Assembly: GCA_012295275.1 (NCBI GenBank)
Contig: CM022674.1
Span: forward strand, 11,036,001 to 11,100,000
Direction: 5' to 3'
Source of the DNA: Chrysomallon squamiferum
Lineage: Eukaryota; Animalia; Mollusca
Length of the DNA stretch: 64,000 nucleotides
A program made the translations under genes and the position numbers. Of the stretch, positions 53,138 through 64,000 are shown piece after piece (positions within the stretch are counted from its first letter, which is position 1; each line of letters starts with the position of its first letter). Under the pieces are notes generated by a model that was not told the DNA's origin, did no database searches, and worked only from the letters and a program-made list of their open reading frames with translations.

Positions 53138-54384
53138 AAACAAGTAAATATGTGTGCGTGTGTTGTATGTATAATTATAAATGAATATATGAATAATATA
53201 TAAGTACATGTATAGCCAATATTAATATTAGTCATTTAATATTTTAACTTATTAATATTGTAATTATTACATTAGAGATAACAATAACATTACAGTAACA
53301 GGAGTCATAATCAAACACACACACACAAAAAGACACATACAAACATACACAGATCACACATGCAGTACTGGTTGGAATGGGAATTTGTTTACAGGACATC
53401 AAGAAGAGTTAATCTTGTGAGTCATCACTCATTTCACAAACTTTAACACAGCTGTATTCATAAACACACAGATTAATCATATATATATATATTCAGCAGT
53501 CTACATATATCATAGAAATAATAATAATAAAAAATATATTTATAGAAAGAAACAATAAAAAACAAAAACACCAAACAAGTAATGACCAAAACATTGAAAA
53601 TTATCCAAGTGATAAAACAAGCAAGCAGAAACATAAATCAGTTTCCATGGCAACAACAAAAATAATCTAATTACATAATATTTTCTTCAGTGTTATTTTT
53701 TTCTGTTTTTTTTTCTTCTGGGACAGATAAGAATTGAAGCATATCTAATATATTCTCCAAATTTATCACATTGTTCCCAATATATTCACAGATGTACATG
53801 TTTGTTCATACCTGTTCATTATATGTGCTCTGTATATACCAAGTACAGGGGTACCTAAAAACACTGTATATACATGTGTGTGTGTGTGTGTGTGTGAGTG
53901 AAATAATTATAAAATGATTTAGTTATATCTTGCAAACCAGTCTGTACTGATAAACCGACATCTGGCATGTACAAATTGTAATGTACACGTGAGTTTAATA
54001 TGTTTTTAATGTTAGATGATTACTGTTAAAGATAAAACAAGGCTTGTGTTAAGTAAATAAGTAATTATACATGCTGCAGTATTAGATAACACAAATGAGA
54101 AAAGCAAAAGGAAGAAAGAATGAAATAAAAAGGAAAGGACTCAAAAAAAGAAATAACACATTTAAAAACTAGAGAAAATGAAAACAGAAAAAAAAGAGAA
54201 AATGAGTTGTAACACAACACATAACTTAATGTGTTGTATAAACACAAAATATTAATGTAACACATTGTTTACATACTCACTCACAGTCAATACATTATTT
54301 ATGTACTCACACCAGTCAACATAATTTACATAGTCAACACTGTTTACAAATCAGCATCAGTTTATAAATTCATACTTGTCAACA

Positions 54385-55352
54385 TAGTTTACATACTCAC
54401 ACCAGTCAACTCTGTTTACATACTCACACCAGTCAACTCTGTTTACATACTCACACCAGTCAACACACTGTTTAAATACTCACACCAGTCAACACACTGT
54501 TTAAATACTCACACCAGTCAACTCAGTTTACATACTCACACCAGTCAACTCACTGTGTTTACATACTCACACCAGTCAACTCAGTTTACATACTCACACC
54601 AGTCAACTCACTGTGTTTACATACTCACACCAGTCAACTCACTGTTTACGTACTCACACCAGTCAACTCACTGAGTTTACATACTCACACCAGTCATCTC
54701 ACTGTGTTTACATACTCACACCAGTCAACTCACTGTGTTTACATACTCACACCAGTCAACTCACTGTGTTTACATACTCACACCAGTCAACTCACTGTGT
54801 TTACATACTCACACCAGTCAACTCACTGTGTTTACATACTCACACCAGTCAACACACTGTTTGTATGCCATGCCAGTCTACACACTGTGTTTACATACTC
54901 ACACCAGTCAACACACTGTTTGTATGCCATGCCAGTCTACTCACTGTGTTTACATACTCACACCAGTCAACTCACTGTGTTTACATACTCACACCAGTCA
55001 ACTCACTGAGTTTACATACACCAGTCAACTCACTGAGTTTACATACTCACACCAGTCAACACACTGTGTTTACATACTCACACCAGTCAACACACTGTGT
55101 TTGTACGCCATGCCAGTCTACTCACTGTGTTTTCATACTCACACCAGTCTACTCACTGTGTTTACATACTCACACCAGTCAACTCACTGTGTTTACATAC
55201 TCACACCAGTCAACTCACTGAGTTTACATACTCACACCAGTCAACACACTGTGTTTACATACTCACACCAGTCAACACACTGTGTTTACATACTCACACC
55301 AGTCTACTCACTGTGTTTACATACTCACACCAGTCAACACACTGTGTTTGTA
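54385..55352 (-). repeat. 31-bp minisatellite (about 30 copies) spanning the RhoGEF alternative-exon donor
   Basis: Minus-strand unit cacagtg(a/t)gttgactggt|gtgagtatgtaaa. It decays toward about 54260. Confidence 0.93.
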
Positions 55353-55502
55353 CGCCATGCCTTTGATCAACACTTCAAGTCCTGCGATGAGGACTGACGA
55401 ATCTTTCCGTTCTGCACGTGATCCTTTCCTCTGAACACCATTTTCCCGTTCCACACGAGAACCCTTCCTCTGAATAACATTTTCTGTGCCACCAACCTCC
55501 AT
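55329..55502 (-). CDS. PLEKHG5: Candidate alternative first coding exon of the RhoGEF (MEVGGTENVIQRKGSR...KHSVLTG)
   Basis: ATG at 55502, 58 complex codons, donor GGT|gtgagtat. Phase 0 matches the acceptor at 52995. Confidence 0.65.
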
Positions 55503-56537
55503 GTTATTCTGTCTTTTAAGAACACAGTCCTAATTACTGATGTTTCCTTTTAGAACATACACAGGTGTGTTTTAAGGTAAGTAGGGTGATTTCCTTCCAG
55601 CTTCAAACGTACAGAACTACTTCTTTTTACCTATAATCCATTTTGACTGTTTGTATCTGCAGAAAATAGGGTCCACTACGAGATGTGACTGTTTTTGAAA
55701 ACACAGAAGTCTGTATGTATGAGACTGGAAGCCCAAAGTTAAAAATAGGATGATTTCTTTCAAGCCCCAAGCCCAAATGAACAAGCTGTACTAGTTTGAA
55801 AAATTCAGCACGGCTACTTTTTCTTAAGTGTGTAGCACCCTATTTCAACATAGAGCAATTTGTTCTGAACAAAGCAGGGGTTATAACTTTAAAATACCCT
55901 GGGCTACTGAATAAAGTGCAAATTACACTGGGTTTCTTGTTTCAAAAAGCATGTCCCCAGCTACCTATGGCTATCTGCTTAAAAATACCCAGCCCCTGAC
56001 ATACACTAAGACATTACAACAGAAAGTGACTTCTTAAAAACAACACTCTGTCATTACAGGGGACCTGAGTCAAATATCAAACAGGCTACCTAATTTAAAC
56101 AGCCACCCCTAAGCATACAGGGTTTCTGTATTATAAACAAAACCCACACAAAACAGAGATAGAGAGAGAGAAATACCCTTTTCAAACAGCAACACCTCAC
56201 TAAAATAACTTCTTGTTTCAAACATGGACTACCCCTTCCCTCCAAACCCAAGCTTCCTGTTTGAAGTGTCCACTATTTGATTCAAATACAAACTGACCAC
56301 AACACAGAATGACTACTTGATTCAGAGGCACAATACAGGATGACCAAGTGGTGCTATAAGCAAGCACAGACAAGTGACAACAAAAGAAATTCTTGTGACG
56401 AGATGAATAAAAACAACTCACTCTGTTACATAACAACATGTCACACAATTACCTGCACTCAACTTTCACACCTGCTCTCTAGTTTACACTCTTAACTGTG
56501 CTTCTGTCAAAACCCAGCAATTACTACTGTCAGAATA

Positions 56538-56641
<104 letters not shown>

Positions 56642-57839
56642 TATAATTATTATTATTATTATTAGTTACTATTGTTTTTGGAACTATTATATCTGTTGTT
56701 GTTATTGTTATTATACTATTATTATTGTTGGTGATATTCTTATCATCATCATCATTTTTATATTATTATTACTATCACTTTTATTTATTTACTTATTTAT
56801 TTTCTTTGGTTTTTGAGGATACGAACAAGAACTGAAATGTACAGATTTTGTTTTGATTGTTTTGTTAACTTTACTAACATCATTAGCATTTTTTCTATCA
56901 ACATATTATTAATCTTATTATTATATCTAAATGTTATTATTTTATACAGTTTTTAGTATTGCTCTGTTTTGTATTATTTACTTGTATTAAACATTTAAAA
57001 AAAATGTTGTTATAACCAGTACTCTCCTGAGACAAGGGAAAGGTTAGCCAGGTGAGGCTACAACCCTCCCCCAGACTTCTAATCTTCTTTTCCCTGACCC
57101 AAGTGGTTAATGAGCTTGGGATGTAATTAGGTAAAGAAAGTAGAAATGAAAATTTAGCAGTGGAAAAATTATATCTCAGCTTGTATGTCTACAGCTTAAT
57201 GTCAACAGAAATAAAATAAAAAAATAAATAAATAAATAAATTAACAGGGATTTAAAAACAATATGCTATAAAAGAAGTTAAAATAACTAACTATATGTGT
57301 GTGTTGTAATAATGCCTAACTTTTCTTTCTTTACTTTTCTCTCCTGATTTATCCCTTCTTTATCACATTTTATCTTTCCACTTTTTATTTCATTCTAAAT
57401 ATCCACATTGTCTGTGTGTGTGTGTGTGTGTGTGTGTGAGTGTGTGTGCATTTAAGTAATTTTTTTAAATTATAACACAGAAAACTCAAAATGTTCTTTT
57501 AAAATTAAAAACAACATAAAAATTCCACTATATTGAACAGTAAATACGCAGTAAATCTAACTGGTTTAACGTCAGGAATAATAAATTTATACCATTCCCT
57601 TTAATCCATATCAGCAATATTCAACAGGCAAGCCACATGATATATATGTTTATGTGTGTTTTTATCTATCTATCTATCTATCTATATATATTTATGTTTT
57701 TCTATATATTTGTGTTTGTGTGAGTGTGTGTATATATGTCTGTACACATGTACACATTATATGCATAGTTATATATATATATACACACATATGCATAGTT
57801 ATACACAGATTCCTGAACACACATACACATACACATACA

Positions 57840-57880
<41 letters not shown>

Positions 57881-60120
57881 ATTATATCTATCATCCACCC
57901 TTCAACACTTTGTTCTATTCATATACACATACACAGACAGGCACATGCACATGCTTACTATGTATGCAAGTGTGTGTTTGTTTCGAATATGAATGTATGT
58001 ATATATAAGCTTACACTCACCTTCAAATACATGTACATATTTACATATATGTTTATATACACTTAGCAGTATTTAAACACACATATATATGAATACACAT
58101 ATACATGCATCTGCACACACACACACATGCATGGTCACTCAGATATATGTATATATATAAATACATACACAGATACACATATATCAATACAGACACACAC
58201 ACACACACACACAGAGAAATATCTACACATAAATATAATTAAGAGACTACTAACCGTCAAAAACTTGAAATAGGATACAGGTACAGGGAACATATTAACA
58301 GTTAGCACTGACTGGGTGTAGATTATCACTTATAGCTCACACCACACTCAGTCTCTGAGAGGAATAACTGACCACATTATGTCAGTACAAAACGCCAACA
58401 CAACACAAATGTGTATAGTACTGATGTTGCAGGTAATGCTCACCTGAAGGCAAAATTTTACTATCTACAATCTAAGTCTTCAGATATCATTTCCCTGTCT
58501 CTTGTGTTATACAAAAACTTTTTAGTCACTTTTGTTTAGGTATGTGTATATTTATCTACCTATGATGATGTATCAGTAGTTTTTTATTTTTTTTTTAACT
58601 TAACAAACTTAGTAAAGAGGAATAAACAAGTAAATTATTGTATTAGTATTTATTGTTCTCGTACATTTGTGAGTATATTTTTAGTTATCTGTTAACATTA
58701 TTAGTTTTTTCTGAGATGTTTAGTGAAATAAATAAATAAATAAATAAATAAACAAATAAATGTTTTGTCTCTCCCCACAGATGCACATATGCTGAGCTGT
58801 TTTGTTTGTGTCTGTGCATCTATCTACATTCATGATATACATGTTCCTGCATAACTATGTGTATATTAAACAATTATTTCACTGAATAAATTATTAAAAT
58901 AAATAAATAAATATATAAATAAAACATTAAATAAACAAATATTTATTAAAATAAAGATTCTTTTTAAATTATGTGTAATAAGTATTTATTTAACTACTAA
59001 GTTTTTTACATTCAGAAACTACTGCACTAAAACAGTACAGCTTATTCCAAACTTTTTTGTTTTAAATTATAAATATCAAAATTTTTATGATGTCTGGACA
59101 AGAAACATTTGTGAAATGATGGTCACAAAGTAAGGCAACTGCCCAGGGGTGGTGGTCAGTCAGTTAAATGACCAGTGGGCAGTATTAAACTCAATAATCT
59201 GACCAGTGTCCCTTTATCTCTGATTCACTGATGGTGTTTATAGGATCACGGTTGGATGAACAGATAAACAGATGTACTGATGTCACAGTCTGATTGAGTG
59301 TGGTGGGTAGGGGTGTGGACAGGGATGGTGGCTAGGGGTGGGGCTTATTAACAGTCAGACAGGGACAGAATCTGATGTGGCATCAGTTCTGTCGTGAATC
59401 CTAAGAGCAAGGTATCCTGTGGATTATGGTATCCTATTTGTCCTGGTATCCTATGAGTCCTGTTATTACTTGTGTTATGTTATCCTGTTATTCTGCATGC
59501 CTTGATATCCTGCCTAATGGGATCCTGTGTTCTAATATTCTGTGATAACAACCATAAGTGTGTTATAATGTAACATGGTATATGTAATGTGACATAACAC
59601 TTTATAATGCAGCATGTGGCATAGTGCTGTACAATGTGGCTTAGTATAATATGGCATATCACTGTGTAATGTATCTGATAACCAAAATCAGTAATAAATA
59701 CGCTCTCAGATATAGAAATAAATTTGTATTTTCTGGGCAACACCCAAAAAACAGAAATCTTTCACCACCACTGGTAACATTTCTAGAACTGCCTGATTAT
59801 TATAAAAAAAAAAAATATATATCTGTGTCAAAGACCAGTCTGTTATGAAGTGTCAAAATTTGATAGAGTGAGATATCACCTGTATTACACAGGTACAATA
59901 AAGTCTTGTAAAAACATACACCAGTCACACAGTGACCTGCTGGAGTCCTTTCTACATGAAACCTGAGAAGCATTATTCAACAAACTGGGTTCAAAATAAA
60001 CATATGAAATATAACATGATATCTCTACAACGTGTATCCTCTTTAGAAATGTTTTATTACACACAGTCATAATTGTTTGTTCTTGTTTCTTTTTTACATC
60101 CCTCTACCTTTCACTGAAAA

Positions 60121-60267
<147 letters not shown>

Positions 60268-61384
60268 AAGAATTCTGTTTCATGTCAACAGGAAAGGTTT
60301 TCCTCCCAGTGCTGACACATTCTGTGCTACACAAGTTTGTGTGTTGACAAACACAGTAACCTGTTTATTCTGGACTCACAAACATACAACATTTGCAGAA
60401 AAAAAAAAAAAAAAAAAAAAGAAAGATTTAAACAGAATTTTTCCAAGTGTGTTTAAGTTATAAACTGGAAAAGAAAAAAGAAATTAAGTTACAGACAGGT
60501 AAAAGAATGAGACAAAAAAAAAAGAAAAAAAGTGGGACTATTCTTAACCTTTTTGTACTTAAAAAAGTAAAAATAATGACTAAGCTATAAAGAGCAACAT
60601 CACTGTTATCTGTTTCTTCCAACAACAACAGCAACAGTTATGTAGCTGTAGTAGTAGTAGTAGTAATCAAAGGAGCAATGACAACATCAAATAAATTAAT
60701 TTTAAGATTATACTGAATTTTAAAAGTGAAAATTTAAGTTAAATAAATTGTAAGAATTATTAATAAAATAAAATAAAATAAAATAAAATAAATTAATAAA
60801 AAAATCTAAACTAAATAAAATAAATAAAAACATTACACAAATAAGATTTATATAAATGCATAAAACTTTAAAAATAAAAGAAAACTCTGCATCAACAAAA
60901 TATTTTGAAAAACACACTGAAAACAAAACGAGCTGACAAAAACACTTTGACATAAAGAAACAAAAATACCCCACTTTTTTTTTTTACTCTTTTGACACTG
61001 AGCTCCCAACACAAAACAATTTTCAAGATGGCTGACAAAGCTGAATACATCAAACTCTATATATTTTTCATGCTTCACAAAGTCAGCTAGTCATGAATTG
61101 CTCAGATGAAGTAACTTTAGAGATGTTTATTGTCAGCTGTATTATACACACCTACGTATAGCATACATGAATTACTAGTCCGTATTATATCTCTGGGTAA
61201 CAACAAAATGAAATGTATTTAGTGTAGGCACTGAAGAAAGAAGCCCTTGAACTTTTAAGTGATATATTTTATAAAAAAGAAAAATAAAATACTTTTTTAT
61301 ACAAGAAAACCTATATATATTTTTGTTCAGTCTGTAATTGATGTTGTTGGTGTTTAACACAAATGCAAGCCTGTGTGTATATAT

Positions 61385-61592
61385 GTATGTGTGTGTGTGT
61401 GTGGGAACATCAGAAAAAAAGTTTCAATTAGTGTGTATGTATATATATCTATATCTAGCTGTCTATCTGTATATTTCTATAAGACACTGTCAGTGTATCA
61501 AACAAACATGATATACTGTAGATAAATGCAAGGATGGGTGTATGTATGAGTATGTATGTGGGAACATCAGAAAAAGTTTCAATTAGCGTCTA

Positions 61593-61628
<36 letters not shown>

Positions 61629-61720
61629 TGTGTGTGTTTGTGTGTGTGTATATATATATATAAGAAAAGATTTCTGTAAGACATTGTCAGTGCATCAAAC
61701 AAACACATAACATACTGAAG
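61385..61720. repeat. Imperfect tandem duplication, about 160-200 bp
   Basis: gggaacatcagaaaaa..gtttcaattag and taagaca(c/t)tgtcagtg(t/c)atcaaacaaaca each occur twice. Confidence 0.8.
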
Positions 61721-63553
61721 GTATCTATCAACTTGTATTATTCAACTGGTTAATAAGAAAAATTAATTTCTTTCTTTATAAAGGACACTGAAGAAGAGAA
61801 TTATTTTTCAATTTACTCTTCGTGAAAAAGTCATTGACTTCTGTAAGCAAACTGACAACAAGAAACTTTCAATGCATCTTTGTGTTTCATGTAGATAATA
61901 AAAAAAATGTGGTGAGAAAAACAGAGTAAATTTGTTAGTGGTTGAACATAATAAAAAGCACACTATTAATAGCAACATATGTATATACATGTATTATGTC
62001 TATATAATAAAGAGGTGTGTTATATTTTTTTTTATTAACTGGTAGACAGAGACAGATATATAGATATGTATGTAGACAGACATGTAGATCAAGGGAGGAA
62101 GAGAGAGAGAGAGATTATAATTAGACACACACAGACAGAAACAGGGAAAGAAAAAGAAAACAAAATCCAAACAAATAATACAAAAATAAATAAGTAAATA
62201 AAAAACAAATAAGACAATGTATTTTACATGTCTTGGCAAGTCTACAAGTGAGAGAAAGCTACATGTACAAGTTCACACTGGACTTTCCTCTGCAGTCTAG
62301 ACACTAAACATGACTAGCTGTGTGGAATGTGGTCTTCAAGCGACTCAACAGCTGGTGCACCTCACAGTTAATCAATAAATACTTTCAAAGTCGGATTAGG
62401 GGCTGATCAAAAATTACTTATTTCATTCCATCACATGACATCAGGCCACTGACCCATATGTAACTGTGTTAAATCTGCTAACATACTAACCAAATACAGA
62501 ACAGAGAAGTTTTGTTCAGATTCTAAGTTGAACGGATTTTGAAAACTAACCCACTAATGAAAATATTTCAAATTATTACCAATTTAGAAAGATACCAAGT
62601 GAATGACCCTGGTGTTGAATTTTTAACCAACTGGATTAATTTAAATCCTGTTAATATACTAATGAAATTTTCCCTGTATCCACAGAAGGTAAACTTATGC
62701 TTTTTCCAAGTCTGTCTCAGTTATAAATTAAGTTTACATTCAGACTGTTTCCAATCCATTTATTGCAAATCTGTTAAAACAGACTGGAGGATTCAAACTG
62801 ACTGCATTGTCACTAACTTGCTAACAAAATAACCCAAATGCTCTGACTGGAATACAAAACGTTGTGAAATAATCTGGTTACTACTAATCCAGTAAATCTG
62901 ACACATCTGCTAACAGGATTACTGATTAACACTTTTGTTTCTCGCCTGTCAAACAACTTTCAAAACTTTGAAGTTTTATATTGATTATTAACTGGATTAC
63001 TGGTAATCCTTTTACTGTTAACTTACTAACAAACTAACCAAAGAGCATATCTCAAGTCTTATTGACAGGATTATTAATGTTTTTATTTCATTAACAATTA
63101 ACTAGTATTAGTAAGGTACTAATTGAAGTCTGAAGGAGCAGCACTTTGATTATTGCTGTTTTCTCTGAGAGGATTTAAGTAATGGCTCAGCATTTAGTCA
63201 GCAAATTACAGAGAGAGAAATAAAGAACAAGGAAATTTCACATTTGTTATAATCAAATAAAGAAAGAAGACATCAAGATGTAAATAAATAGCAAACAAAC
63301 AAACAAATAAATAAATAAAAGAATGAATGCATAATGATAATAATAATAACAATAATGATAATGATAATAATAATAATAATATTAATAATAACAATAATGA
63401 TATTGATAATGATGATAATAATAATAATGATAATGATGATGATAATGATAATGATGATAATAATAATGATGATAATAATAATAACAACAACAATAGTAAT
63501 AATAATAGCAGTAATAATGATAGTGGTGATGGTTTTAACATGTTGACACTCAC

Positions 63554-63658
63554 CTTCAGGTTTCTGACAAACGAGGGGCTCATGGGCCAGGAACGTCTGT
63601 ACACGTTGTTCACATCCGAACGGACAGACCGACGTTTCACAACTGTATTTGGATACAT
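63554..63658 (-). CDS. PLEKHG5: Candidate alternative first coding exon of the RhoGEF (MYPNTVVKRRSVRSDVNNVYRRSWPMSPSFVRNLK)
   Basis: CpG-containing coding-like island, ATG at 63658 with an in-frame TGA upstream, donor AAG|gtgagt. Phase 0 matches 52995. Confidence 0.65.
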
Positions 63659-64000
63659 CGAGAACAAATAATTCCAAAACACTGAATCTAAATCCACTCA
63701 GTCGCATTCCCAAAAGGCACACAAGGTTTTTTTGTAAAAGTCAGGCACCTCTAACTACAGTGAAAGTACTGTTTTAATAATTGTTCAGGAATTCGGGCAT
63801 TCAGTGGCAATAGGATAATAAAAAAAAAGTCAAAAATCAAGAAACAGTTGTTATTTTAGGCAACAATGCAGGCACTGAGTAACAGTTCAGCAGTATTGAG
63901 GCATCAAGTAACAATTCAGTTACAGTGTTTAAAACATGACATAACTGTCAAGGTAACAAAGTGAAGGCACTGTTCAAACGTATTAGACAGCAACCAATAA

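Overview
AT-rich, microsatellite-dense animal genomic DNA. The composition would fit a mollusc such as an octopod, but the organism cannot be fixed from the sequence. Four spliced genes were reconstructed by hand with phase-consistent GT-AG introns: cytosolic NAD kinase (+, 11782-20126, with candidate alternative mini first exons upstream), a truncated RanBP2/Nup358-like gene with a 3.2-kb repeat exon and a C-terminal IR-type SUMO-E3 motif (-, 24604-30204), a p24/TMED cargo receptor (-, 33704-36987) and a PLEKHG5-like DH-PH RhoGEF (-, 43812-52995, candidate first exons at 55329 and 63554). There is also a non-autonomous hAT-Charlie element and a Tigger-like MITE. The main observation is that tandem repeats here repeatedly grow out of splice junctions. 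At least 8 of about 52 reconstructed splice sites have been copied into the adjacent intron, from 2 to about 56 times, creating ladders of decoy donors or acceptors. Most decoys would give an early stop or frameshift, but the first NADK donor copies would give clean in-frame 12-aa extensions. Most ORFs in the supplied track are microsatellite artefacts.
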